A stretch of 64,000 nt of DNA, taken from positions 209 to 64,208 of the forward strand of contig JAXDJV010000014.1 in assembly GCA_034667465.1 (NCBI GenBank), given 5' to 3'. Of the stretch, positions 49,501 through 57,714 are shown piece by piece. This stretch comes from Acidobacteriota bacterium (GTDB lineage Bacteria; Acidobacteriota; Thermoanaerobaculia; Gp7-AA8). Numbering within the stretch: position 1 is the stretch's first letter; each line of letters starts with the position of its first letter. A program made the position numbers and the translations under genes. Below the pieces are notes generated by a model. That model made no database searches. It was not told the DNA's origin and saw nothing but the letters and a program-made list of their open reading frames with translations.

Positions 49501-50409
49501 CGTCGTCGCGGAGACGATCGTCAGTCCGGCCGGGAGCGGATTCGAAAAGTTGACGTTGTTGGCGCCGGCGCTTTGCGCCTGGATTTTCCAGGTGAACGTG
49601 ACTTGCGTCGGGGAACCGTCGACGAGATCGGGCGAGGCGTAACCGGTGATCTCGACGTCGGTGCGCGCGCCGCGCAGACTGCCGCCCGCTTTCGCCCAGA
49701 CGCGGTTCGCATTCAGCGTGTACGACATCGTCACGTTCGCGCCGGTCGAAACCTCGGTGCTGGCGACGGCGAGCACGTCGGCGGTGGTGAGCGGCGCCGG
49801 CGACGTCGTGTTGTACATCGAGGTCTGGCCCGCGCCGACCGCCGCGGTCAGCGTGCCGTTGTGACGTGCGGAGGTGTAGTCGACGACGAGATCACCGGCC
49901 GCCGTTCCCGCCAGCGTCGAGGTCGGAGTGTTGTTGTTTCCACCGGCCGTGTAGCCGAGTGATCCGGTGAGCGCCTGATCGACGTCGACGAACGTCGTGA
50001 CGCCGACCAGCGACGGTACGGTTTGTCCTGCGGCGACGTTCTGCGCCGTGACGACGACGTTGTTCGTGCCGGTCGACGGCGCGAGGAGATACCACAGCTC
50101 GATACGAACGTCGTTGGCGCCCTCGGTGAGCGCCTCTGCGAGAAACATCGCCGCGCCGTTGTATGTGACCGACGCGATCGTGGTCGCCGTGCTCGTGGTC
50201 ACGTTCATATGAACGGCGACGATCATCAGCCGGTTCGCGCGCACAGGTGTCGTGTGCGCGACGGTCATCGTCAGCGCCGCGGGAGCGAAGGTGCCCTGAG
50301 AAGTCGTCGTGCCGTTCAGCGCCAGCTGCGCATCGGCGCGATGCGGCTGCAGAAACAGCAGCCCCAGGAAGAACGTTGCGATTGCGACGACACGATTTCG
50401 ATTGCTCAT
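43525..50409 (-). CDS. Giant (2294 aa) secreted surface protein with DUF11-type repeats and a C-terminal peptidase C25 (gingipain-like) domain
   Basis: Signal peptide. Multiple repeats of about 100 aa (...VTNNGPSAADQPVFT..., VTNYGGATA..., VTNNGVTST...). The C-terminus has GHASAEMW (His) and VVSMSCLNGYF (Cys), as in the C25 catalytic dyad. Confidence 0.7.
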   Translation of the reverse strand: MSNRNRVVAIATFFLGLLFLQPHRADAQLALNGTTTSQGTFAPAALTMTVAHTTPVRANRLMIVAVHMNVTTSTATTIASVTYNGAAMFLAEALTEGANDVRIELWYLLAPSTGTNNVVVTAQNVAAGQTVPSLVGVTTFVDVDQALTGSLGYTAGGNNNTPTSTLAGTAAGDLVVDYTSARHNGTLTAAVGAGQTSMYNTTSPAPLTTADVLAVASTEVSTGANVTMSYTLNANRVWAKAGGSLRGARTDVEITGYASPDLVDGSPTQVTFTWKIQAQSAGANNVNFSNPLPAGLTIVSATTTLGTCTPAATTTCAIGSLMNAGDSATVTIVATAASGGLATVYNVPASITVGTTDAIAGNNTATVVVRTQSHLCSNPGKDGIGGTITGSVNTYWPGSANAAAAATSVTVAAGTGPTAIAVGDLLLIMQMQDSLIDANNDDRYGDGAGNGSLGTAGNGSSLLNSAGRYEYVVSRSALAVAGAGAINITGAGLGGGLIYAYTNAAASGTQGARRYQVIRVPQYTSATIAAGTRALPWTGSIGGVFAMDVSGTVTMGSGAGAGTVATTNGSATVTGTGTTFTNVVHSGDTITITGEGTRTVLYINNNTQLTLTTNATTTGTNRAYTVPQLSVTGVGFRGGAGRQLAGGAGANTDYRTTAATATNASKGEGIAGTPRYLFNNTATVLDTTIDGYPNGSSGRGAPGNAGGGGTDGNPVANDENTGGGGGGNAGDGGGGGNAWNSSSATGGYGGTFEAPTTTRLVMGGGGGAGTSNNGTAAGSVILGTNAINSSGQAGGGIVLIRANELLGTGTIAANGSHALDVSNDAGGGGGAGGTVVIDTRFGSLTTLTITARGGNGGNAWLAQASPCSNPTCPPNARDFPGERHGPGGGGGGGAIYLSSSAASTDVTGGTNGLTTTDLDNFGSGPGLAGIVSTPLAVVAGAEGGYSCAVADLAVTNADAPDPVTPGSNITYTQVLTNNGPSAADQPVFTTSVPASATFVSMTPPAGWTCITPAPGGTGIITCTASTLASLATATFSAVMQAHPGTPAGYIISNTANATSRTTDSNYANNSATTTTNVVTSAYADMAVVISAPARVVANTNIAYTQTVTNYGGATAVNPTFTENTPPNTTFVSIAPQPGWTCITPAPGGTGAITCSAANLAAGASVSIGMVVKVNAGTVATTVITETATVSTTTPDSNSSNNISSASTTVVAAGSADLATTITALNDPVGPGETVTFVETVTNNGVTSTNASFTQTVPANTTFVSMTVPAGWTCVLPAVGAAAGTAIPCTTTALLTTGTTSTFSPVFQSIVGTAPGTTISQTCNIATTGGIVDSIAANNSATDTALVRGNGEADLGITKTDSPDPVGAGQLVTYLITVVNNGPEVATGVTVSDTLPANVFFIRASPSAGSCAGTTTIVCSVGTMAIRATETISIVVQTQVAGTLTNTATVSGTKTDPVAANNSSTATTTVLSVTLVRLRDFSVKQTNKNVMISWQTSFEADNLGFNIYRETGGVRTQVNEQLIAGTALLAAKHDGQSDHGYRLKDKLDSGVFAQYWLEDVDLSGVKTMHGPVSPISGYVDEPENATPLPGLGAGGSVVASPAGYGVVRTYSEDVTDKQFKTQSDLAADAGLKIYTTQEGWYRLTRATMTAAGFDPGSDARGLALYTSGIEQPLIVSDGGDGKLDATDAIEFYATPLDAISTGVRTYWLRLEKSKGGGRIDTSKTKGGDPLTGSIAFTYERKDRAVFVAAITNNGEGDNFFGPIVMPIPATQPLTVGNLDPTFGGNARLELTLQGTTHPAVHNVAVSLGGHDLGTATFADQQQQTFTFDFPQSWLAAGTNTLTLQSLGGWSDISVGASTRLTYQHLLSADDGALEATLQGGRAVTVGGFTAAGVRALDVTNSIAPIELETVVAPQGSGYAATFTPAGSGARVVLVFQPSRVLAPAELAANRPSTLSAAKGADLVIISNSAFMAAASTLQPVREREGTATVVVDVEDVYDEFGFGIRSPKAIRTFLATAAKWKTAPRYVMLVGDASIDPRNYLHSGAYDFVPTKLIATTLIKTASDDWFADFNDDGIAEMAVGRVPVRTAADAARYFAKLTGRGTPSGTWSNDAVLVADHPTDYDFAEVTTSLAALLPPTMTSSTIDFARTPTPYDDLVNAMMRGSLIVDYIGHASAEMWSEGVFGSATADNLQNGSRLPFVVSMSCLNGYFHDIYTRSLAEALIGSQNGGAIAVWASSSLTQPDQQALMNRELFRRLFAAPHVALGDAVRGAKSAASDPDVRKSWIFFGDPSMTLR

Positions 50410-50427
50410 GATTGCCCCGTAGTCATT

Positions 50428-50901
50428 TCAGACGGAAAGCGCGCGAACCTGCGCGGTCTCCGGAATTCCATTCGATGTGGCACGGCCGAAACGCCGCTGA
50501 AGCGAGTGACGTACACGCCGCAACACGGCGAGGGCCTGCTGTGTGAGAGCGCCGCGCGAATCGACGGCGGCGCAACGGCCGTCGCGCTCGACGCCGGAGA
50601 TCCGGCCGAGAACGGCGCTGCCGGCGACGATGGCGTCGGCGGTAAGTGAGTTGTCGCCGCGCGTGCGAACGCGCAGCTCGCCGCGCGTCGCGTCGAGCTC
50701 GATGATTCGATGCGCGGTCAGGCCGCGCGGCGCGGCGGTGAGCACGACGTCGCCGACGCGCAGCGATTCTTCATCGCAGCGCGTGACGTGCACGAATTCG
50801 CCGCTGCGAATCGTCGGAATCATGCTGTGTCCCGACGCGCAGAACCGCGCGTCGTAGCCCGCGGCCAGCACGTCCTGCAGCGTGTTGACGAACATCGTCA
50901 T
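50428..50901 (-). CDS. S24/S26-family (LexA/signal-peptidase-like) Ser peptidase, candidate leader peptidase
   Basis: ASGHSMIPTIRSGEFVHV...GDVVL resembles the GxSMxPT nucleophile motif. 157 aa. Translationally coupled (ATGA) to the HprK-like gene. Confidence 0.55.
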   Translation of the reverse strand: MTMFVNTLQDVLAAGYDARFCASGHSMIPTIRSGEFVHVTRCDEESLRVGDVVLTAAPRGLTAHRIIELDATRGELRVRTRGDNSLTADAIVAGSAVLGRISGVERDGRCAAVDSRGALTQQALAVLRRVRHSLQRRFGRATSNGIPETAQVRALSV

Positions 50902-51805
50902 CCGTTCCTCCGCACCACCTCGACGACGCTGTCGTCGGGTGTGAAGCGCAGCAGCCTGACCGGCACGCGCGCGCAGATGTCCGCCAGAAACTCGATCGTG
51001 AATGCGAGTGCGGCGGGGTCATAGAAAGGGGGAAAGGTGCAGCCGAACAACATTGCCGACGCGGTTGCCGGCGCGAGCGACTCGAGCTCGGTGAGGGGTG
51101 CCTGGCGCAGGATGTAAACGCCGGCCAGCGGCGCGGTCGACGCCGACGATAGCTCCGCTTCGCCGTGCCATGGCGTGCCGAACATCCGCAGCACGCCGTC
51201 CACGTCGCGCACAATCACGCGATCGTCGCTGACGATGTCGATGCCTGCTTCGCGCAGCCACACTTTGCCGGTGGTGGTCTTGCCGGCGCCCGACTGGCCG
51301 ACGAACAGATGGCCGCGGCCGTCGCGATCGATGACGCCGCATCCGTGCAGCTCGACGCCGCGTCCGCGGCCGAGGAGATTCGCGACGAGCACTTCATCGA
51401 GCGGATAGTCGAGCGGATGCATCGTCGGAAGATCGGCATCGGCGCTCAGCAGAATGCGTCCCGACGTGAAGCTCGAATTCAGCAGCGCCACTTTGTACGG
51501 CGCGTCGCCGAACATCGCCGAATGACACTCGATCCGATAGCCGTCGCCGTCCGCGTAAAGACGCCAGACGCCGCCCGATTCGAAGAGCAGCTCACCGCGC
51601 GGATGGAGGTCGCGTTCGTCGAGGCGATCGACCGTCAGCGTCAAATCGGCGTCAGCGAGCGGTGAAACTTCGAAGCGGCCGGTGGTCGCGGAAAGTCCGC
51701 GGCCGAGCGACTGATCGGCGTAGTGCAACGCGATGCCGAGCCCTCCGATCGTGAGAAAGGAGGAGCTGATCACAACCGCGTGCTCGCCGGAGACGCTCAT
51801 GACCC
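50898..51805 (-). CDS. HPr kinase-related (HprK C-terminal-domain-like) peptide kinase
   Basis: Real start at MSVSGEHAVV. P-loop region LHGCGVIDRDGRGHLFVGQSGAGKTTTG is characteristic of HprK-related kinases in RiPP clusters. The ATG overlaps the stop of the precursor gene. Confidence 0.8.
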
Positions 51806-51975
51806 GGCGGTCTGACAGGGGCCGGTCACGAAGCAGTTGCCGCCGCTGGCGCCCGCCGCCGATGCCGACTTGCAGAAGCCGAGCACCGCTTCTTCGGGAC
51901 GCAGCGGAAAGCGCCGCACTTCGGGCTTCTCGTACGGTTTCTTCTCTTCGGTATGACCTTCGTTCTGCATGCTGA
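51802..51975 (-). CDS. 57-aa RiPP precursor peptide (not in ORF track): MQNEGHTEEKKPYEKPEVRRFPLRPEEAVLGFCKSASAAGASGGNCFVTGPCQTAGS
   Basis: Strong RBS (AAGAGGA 6 nt upstream). It lies between the rSAM/SPASM gene (7 nt upstream) and the HprK-like gene (ATGA overlap). Charged leader, then a Gly/Ala/Ser-rich core with 3 Cys and a C-terminal Ser. Confidence 0.6.
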
Positions 51976-51981
51976 TCCTCT

Positions 51982-53244
51982 TTATCGGCCGGCCCCGGCC
52001 GAGCAGTTGTCACAGCCTCCCGAACCGCAGGAGGAGACGAGTGGACGTGGTTGCGCCGCGGCGATGGCGGCGATTCGTTCGGCGCCGCCGTTCCGCAGCG
52101 CGGCGGCGGTGCCCCGCAGTCGCGAAACGTCGTCGCACATCGTGCAGTGGCCGTGCGGCCGCACCGGAATGTCGAACGTGATGGCGCGCAGATGCGCGAC
52201 TTCACAAAGGAAATCGACCGGCGTTTCGGGATCGCCGTTCTCCAGCTCTCCGTTGGCGGGACACATTCCGCACATCGACTTCAGCGAGCACGTCGTGCAT
52301 TTGCCGGGACGCGATTGCGGCCGCTGGCGCACGCCGCGGAGGAAGTGATTCCAGCCATCGCTCACCGAGCCGTCGCGGACGTTGTAGCGATCGACGTGCG
52401 AGAGCACGCAGATCGACATGTCGCCGTATGGATCGATGGCGAACGAGTTCACGCCGCCGCCGCAGTCATAGAGCTGCGGCGTCTGACCTTCCGGCACCGG
52501 CATCGGCTGGAACTTCGCGACCAGCTCCTGCCACGCGACGATTCGCTCCGGATCGTCGAGATCGAGCGACACGATTTCTTCCGGCGTCAGCCGGACCGCG
52601 AGCGGACTCGAAGAGCAGTCGATGCGCGGATTGATCATCGCGTCGAACTTGAATTCGACACCGAGGTTCTCCGCCATCGCGGCCATCGCGCCGATCTCGT
52701 GTTTGTTGATCGAGACCGCGACCGTTTTGAGTTTCAGCGGCAGTCCGCGCTCCAGCAGCAGCGCGATGCCGCGCATGCAGAGGTCGTACGATCCCGCGAT
52801 TCCGGTCAGTCCTTCGTACGTCTCGCGTGTCGCGCCGTAGAGCGTGATCTCGATCGAGAACGGCGGCCACTTCACCAGCTCATCGGCAATCGCCTCGGTG
52901 ACCATCGTGCCGTTCGTGAACAGCGTGACGAGCAGACCGCGGCGGATGGCGTGGCGATAGATGTCGAGGAAGTCGCGGCGCGCGAAGATCTCGCCGCCGG
53001 TGTAGAGGAGCCAGAGACAACCGAGATCGGCCAGCTCGTCGATGATGCGGTGATGCTCGGCGGTGGTCAGCTCGCGTGCGCGAGCAACGCCGTCGTGCAT
53101 CGGCAGGTTGTTGTAGCAATGCGCACAATCGAGCGGGCAACGGTTGGTGATCTCGACGGTGCCGTTGACCGGTACACGCGTCGCGTTCACCTCGCGGTGA
53201 ATGAACGCACTAAACTCGGCGTAGCTCCCGCTCTCGATACTCAT
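51982..53244 (-). CDS. Radical SAM enzyme with SPASM domain (peptide-modifying maturase)
   Basis: CPLDCAHCYN (CX3CX2C), SPASM cysteines (YDCGGG...SICVLSH..., CTTCSLKSMCGMC) and a Cys-rich tail (SSCGSGGCDNCS). Confidence 0.85.
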   Translation of the reverse strand: MSIESGSYAEFSAFIHREVNATRVPVNGTVEITNRCPLDCAHCYNNLPMHDGVARARELTTAEHHRIIDELADLGCLWLLYTGGEIFARRDFLDIYRHAIRRGLLVTLFTNGTMVTEAIADELVKWPPFSIEITLYGATRETYEGLTGIAGSYDLCMRGIALLLERGLPLKLKTVAVSINKHEIGAMAAMAENLGVEFKFDAMINPRIDCSSSPLAVRLTPEEIVSLDLDDPERIVAWQELVAKFQPMPVPEGQTPQLYDCGGGVNSFAIDPYGDMSICVLSHVDRYNVRDGSVSDGWNHFLRGVRQRPQSRPGKCTTCSLKSMCGMCPANGELENGDPETPVDFLCEVAHLRAITFDIPVRPHGHCTMCDDVSRLRGTAAALRNGGAERIAAIAAAQPRPLVSSCGSGGCDNCSAGAGR

Positions 53245-53302
53245 AAATTGTCGATGGACCCTTTTGGACCAAAGGGTGTCGGGAAAAGATTATTGCACCG
53301 TA

Positions 53303-53619
53303 TGATGAAACGAACGATGACAACCCATCAGGAAAGCGTGATTTACGCGAAATCGGACAATCTCGTGATGCGGTCGGTCGGGGGCGAAACCATCCTCGTC
53401 CCGGTGCGCAGCAACGTCGGCGATCTCGATTCGGTCTTCACCCTGAACGCAGTCGCGGCTCGAATCTGGACGCTGCTCGACGGAAAGCGCAGCGTCGATG
53501 AGGTGATCGACGAGCTCTCCAGCGAGTACGACGCGGCGCCGGACGTCATCCGCGCCGATGCCGTCGAACTGCTGGCCGCGCTCGAAGAGGGAAAGCTCGT
53601 CAGCCGCGTACGCGCGTGA
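53303..53619 (+). CDS. PqqD-family RiPP recognition element (peptide chaperone)
   Basis: About 105 aa. VMRSVGGETILVPVRSNVGDLDSVFTLNAVAARIWTLLDGKRSVDEVIDELSSEYDA is the PqqD/RRE signature. Only the last third of the 52051-53619 ORF is real. Confidence 0.75.
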
Positions 53620-54681
53620 AGAGCTTTGCGACCGCACCGAGCGCGCGACGGAGGTAGAGGAACGGCAGCGCGACGTTGCTCGCTCCCGGAAATCGAGCGC
53701 GCATCTGTTCGGCTGACGGAAACGCGAGCAGCCGCAGGAATCGCAAGCGTTTGCCTTTCGCGGCGCGCAACTCTGCGATCAGTTCGCTGATGTGAAGCCG
53801 TTGCGGATCGAGGAAGCTCTCCGATTGCTCGCGATGCGATGTCCGTTCGAACGCCGGCGCTTCATCGGACGCGAACCATTCGAACGCGCGCGAAAGACCG
53901 TCGGCGCAGATGGCGACGATCTCTCCTTCGACCGCTCGCTGACGGAAGAGCCGTCGTTCGTCGGGAGTGAGCGCGCGCCAAAGCAGCACGAGGTCGTAAA
54001 GCCAGATCAGCCGATCGTCGCCGTGATGATGTGCGACGCGATGGACGCACGCGATGAGCAGCGAGTCGACAGTGGCCGGGATGCGCAGGCCGGACGCGGT
54101 CGTCGTTCCGTTCGCGCGGAGCGCGTCGACGTCGAAGAGCCGCGCCAGTTCGCGCGCGTTGCTGATCGCCCAGTGCAGATCGAGGACGTCGCCGGCGTGC
54201 GAGCCGCGAAGCATCACCTGCGCCGACGGCGCATTGCGCGGCGACATCTCGGCGACGTACCCGAGCGCGCGCAGCGCGTCGACGGCACGCTCCGCTTCGG
54301 ACGGCGCGACGATCAGGTCGACGTCGGCACGCGGCCGCAGTCCGCGCGATGGATAGATCGACTCGGCGAGCGCCGTCCCTTTGATGAAGAGCGGCGTGAT
54401 CTCGTGTGCACGCAGCGCTTCGACGACCTCGGTCATCCGCACGATGCCGCGCTCAGCAAGCATCGCGTTTCCGAACGCGTCGCGGCGCAGCGCGTCGACG
54501 AGCTCGCGCGGCCAGTCGCCGTGCACCAGCGTGAAGAGGAGCGGCTGCAGTCCGTGCTCGCGCGTGGCGCGCAGGAGAGGCGCGAGATCGGCCGGCGGCG
54601 CGGCGTCGCGTCCGGCGAAGAGGTCGCGCAGCCAGCGCCGCTCATCTGCCGTGACCTCAATCAGCGAAGCGTCTTCACGCA
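53600..54681 (-). CDS. Uncharacterised nucleotidyltransferase-family protein (PF14907-like), start uncertain (possible TTG)
   Basis: About 357 aa of credible sequence (...LQPLLFTLVHGDW...PLFIKGTALAESIYPSRGLRPRADVDLIV...). The family co-occurs with HprK-like kinases in RiPP clusters. The upstream 400 codons of the ORF-track version are antisense to the TonB-dependent receptor gene. Confidence 0.55.
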
Positions 54682-54712
54682 AGTTCGCACCTGACCGTCT
54701 AACATTCTGATC

Positions 54713-57706
54713 ATGCTCGCACGCGTCGCGCTCGTCTTCGCTCTTCTCATCATCATCGCCTCGTCCGCCGTCGCGCAAACGACCGCGGCGCTGACCGGCG
54801 TCGTGACCGGTCGCAAGGGGCCGCGCGCCGGCGTGACGGTGACGATCACTTCGCCGTCGCTGCAGGGAACGCGCAGCACCATGACTGGCGAGAACGGCGC
54901 CTACAGCTTCGCCGCGCTGCCGCCGGGCGAGTACGTCGTGACGTTCGAGCAGCCCGGCGTGACGACCGCGACGCGCAACGTCACGCTGCGTCTCTCGCAA
55001 CTCGCGCGTGCAGACGCATCGCTGCTCGAGCCGTACATCTTCGACGGCGACCTGATCGTGACCGCGCCGCGGCCTTCGGTGCTCGAGACGCCGACCGTCT
55101 CGACGAACCTGACGCTCGCGCAGATCGAGCGTCTGCCGATTCAGCGCAATCAGCTCGCCACCGCGCAGTTCGCGCCGGGCGTCACCGCGAACGTGCTGTC
55201 GAACGGCCAGCTGCAGATTTCCGGCGGCCCCGGTTACGACAACCTCGTGCTCGTGAACGGCGTCACCGTCACCGAGAACACGCGCGGGCAGATGCGGCCG
55301 CTGTACGTCGAAGACGGGATTCAGGAGACGACGCTGCTGACCGGCGCGATCTCCGCCGAGTACGGACGTTTCAGCGGCGGCGTCGTAAGCACGATCACGA
55401 AATCGGGCGGCAACGAGCTGACCGCATCGCTGCGCGACTCGCTGTCGAATCCGAGCTGGTCGGCGCAGACGCCGGCGCTCGAAGCGCGCGAATCGTCGCT
55501 GAGTCACGTATGGGAAGCGACGCTCGGCGGGCGGCTGCTTCGCGACCGGCTCTGGTTCTTCACCGCCGGACGCTGGGCGAAAAATGACACCGCGCGGCAA
55601 ACGGTGGCGGTGCCGCCGTTCGCGAATCCGGCGTCCGCGGCCGGCACGCCGATCAGCTACACGGAAGGGAACGATCAGAAGCGCTACGAAGTGAAGCTGA
55701 CCGGACAGCTCGCCGCGAATCACAGCCTCGCCGCCTCGTATTTCGGGATCAACACGAAAGGGACGAATGTCCGCTTCAACGCGAACCTTTACGACACGGC
55801 GAGTCTGACGACGCGCGAGGATCCGGAATCGCTCGTAGCCGTTCATTACGAGGGGTTGCTGCGGACGAATTTTCTGGCAGAGGGACACTACTCGTCGCGA
55901 AAGTTCGCCGATCGCACCGGCTCATTTGCAACCGACATCGTCGGCGGGACGCTGCTGCTCGATCGCTCCAACAACAACACGCGCTTCAATGCGCCAACGC
56001 TTTGCGGCGTTTGCGACGTCGAACGCCGCGATAACGACGACATCCTGCTGAAGGCGCATCAGTTCCTGGAAGCGGGACGTTTCGGGACGCACGATATCGT
56101 CGGCGGCGTCGATCGTTTCACCGAGCAGCGTTACGCGAACAATCATCAGTCGGGGAGCGACTTCTCACTGTTCGTGAGCCGCCTGCAAACGAAAAATGGC
56201 GTGCTTTATCCGGTTGTCACACCGACGACCGCAACGGGCGGCGGCTCATTCATCCGCTGGACTCCGGTACTGACCGCCGCGCGCGAGGACGAGCTGCGCA
56301 CCGACTCCGCGTTCGTGAACGACGTCTGGTCGATCGGCGGGCGGTGGCAGGTTTCGCTCGGCGCGCGTCTCGATCGCAATCACGCCGCCGATGCGGACGG
56401 TGTCGTCAGTTCCGACGATCGCCGGCTGGCGCCGCGCGTCGCAGTGCAGTTCGACATCTCCGGTAACGGACGCAATCGGATCAATGCGTCGTTTGCCGAA
56501 TATTCGTCGCGCATTGCCGACAGTATTGCAGCGTCGAATCAGGCGGCCGGTAATGCCGCATCAATCGATTTCATTTATCGCGGTCCCGCGTTCAACGACA
56601 AGGATCTCAACACGCCGCTGGCCGATGTGATCCGCAGCGTCTTCGCATATTTCAATACGACGCAGGGCGGTACCGATAATCGCGCCGCGAACAATTTGCG
56701 CGCGAACGGTACGCGCACTGTACCGGGTTACTCGACGTATTTCGACGGCACGCTGGCGTCGCCGTATGTGCGCGAGCTGACGCTCGGTTACGGGATGCAA
56801 CTCGGCCGCGATGCGTATGTTCGCGCCGATCTGATCAGCCGCGACTGGCGCGATTTCTACGTCGCCAGCGTTACGCAGTCGACGCAGCGGCTCAATACGC
56901 CGCTCGGAATTCCGATCGATCTGACGCTCATTCGCAATAGCAATAATGTCGAGCGCACATACCGCGGCGTACAAATGCAGGCGCGCTGGACGCCGTCGCC
57001 TTTCGACGCCGGCATCCATTACACGTGGTCGAAATTGCGCGGCAACGACGAAGGGGAAACAGCGACGAACGGTGCGGCGACGAATATCGATCGGACGCTG
57101 TACTATCCTGAGTTCTTCGCTTACGAACGCGCTACGCCGATCGGTTACCTGCCGGGCGATCAGCGTCATCGTCTCCGCGCGTGGGCCGGCTACACGTTGC
57201 GCAGCGTCTCATTGTCGCTATTGCACAGTTTCGATTCGGGCCTGCCGTACTCGATTTCCGGCCCGATCAATTTGACGCGTTATACAGGCGCGCCGGTAAA
57301 TCCCGGCTACAACTCGATTCCGAACGGCATCTATTACTTCAGCGATCGCGGCGCCTTGCGCACCGACAATATTCATTCGACCGATCTCGCGTTGCGTTAC
57401 AGCTTCCGCGTCGGCGCGGCGGAGCTTTTCGCACAGGGCGATCTGCTCAACATCTTCAACAATGACGGCATCGCCGATCCGCAGCGCCTTGGGCTCACCG
57501 TCAGCACCGCTGCGACGTCGGCGACCTTTGCGCCGTTCGACCCGCGCACGCAAACGCCCATCGAATGCCCGCGCGGAGTTGCCGCCGCTGCGTGCACTGC
57601 GATGGGCGCGAATTACCAGCTCGCCGCGAATTTCGGTCAGCCGCTCAATGACCTCGCGTATCAAAGGCCGCGGACATACCGATTCTCGTTCGGAGCGCGT
57701 TTCTGA
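54713..57706 (+). CDS. TonB-dependent outer-membrane receptor with N-terminal carboxypeptidase-regulatory-like domain
   Basis: Signal peptide, CarbopepD_reg-like segment (LTGVVTGRKGPRAGVTVTITS...TGENGAYSFAALPPGEYVV), plug and beta-barrel. It ends in ...FSFGARF (C-terminal Phe). Confidence 0.75.
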   Translation: MLARVALVFALLIIIASSAVAQTTAALTGVVTGRKGPRAGVTVTITSPSLQGTRSTMTGENGAYSFAALPPGEYVVTFEQPGVTTATRNVTLRLSQLARADASLLEPYIFDGDLIVTAPRPSVLETPTVSTNLTLAQIERLPIQRNQLATAQFAPGVTANVLSNGQLQISGGPGYDNLVLVNGVTVTENTRGQMRPLYVEDGIQETTLLTGAISAEYGRFSGGVVSTITKSGGNELTASLRDSLSNPSWSAQTPALEARESSLSHVWEATLGGRLLRDRLWFFTAGRWAKNDTARQTVAVPPFANPASAAGTPISYTEGNDQKRYEVKLTGQLAANHSLAASYFGINTKGTNVRFNANLYDTASLTTREDPESLVAVHYEGLLRTNFLAEGHYSSRKFADRTGSFATDIVGGTLLLDRSNNNTRFNAPTLCGVCDVERRDNDDILLKAHQFLEAGRFGTHDIVGGVDRFTEQRYANNHQSGSDFSLFVSRLQTKNGVLYPVVTPTTATGGGSFIRWTPVLTAAREDELRTDSAFVNDVWSIGGRWQVSLGARLDRNHAADADGVVSSDDRRLAPRVAVQFDISGNGRNRINASFAEYSSRIADSIAASNQAAGNAASIDFIYRGPAFNDKDLNTPLADVIRSVFAYFNTTQGGTDNRAANNLRANGTRTVPGYSTYFDGTLASPYVRELTLGYGMQLGRDAYVRADLISRDWRDFYVASVTQSTQRLNTPLGIPIDLTLIRNSNNVERTYRGVQMQARWTPSPFDAGIHYTWSKLRGNDEGETATNGAATNIDRTLYYPEFFAYERATPIGYLPGDQRHRLRAWAGYTLRSVSLSLLHSFDSGLPYSISGPINLTRYTGAPVNPGYNSIPNGIYYFSDRGALRTDNIHSTDLALRYSFRVGAAELFAQGDLLNIFNNDGIADPQRLGLTVSTAATSATFAPFDPRTQTPIECPRGVAAAACTAMGANYQLAANFGQPLNDLAYQRPRTYRFSFGARF

Positions 57707-57714
57707 TGCGCGAT

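Noticed and set aside
43630-50212. Plus-strand ORFs antisense to the giant surface-protein gene (e.g. 43630-46200 at 856 aa, 47758-49026, 49288-49962)
   Set aside because: Arg/Asp-rich low-complexity antisense frames. The minus-strand gene has a signal peptide, repeat structure and a C25 catalytic dyad.
52051-53302. First about 415 codons of the 522-aa plus-strand ORF 52051-53619
   Set aside because: Antisense to the radical SAM gene. Only the last about 105 codons (PqqD-like, starting at 53303) have protein-like composition and motifs.
54682-55888. N-terminal about 400 codons of ORF 53600-55888
   Set aside because: Antisense to the TonB-dependent receptor gene, with an Arg/Gly-rich composition. 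Only the C-terminal about 357 aa (nucleotidyltransferase-like) is credible.
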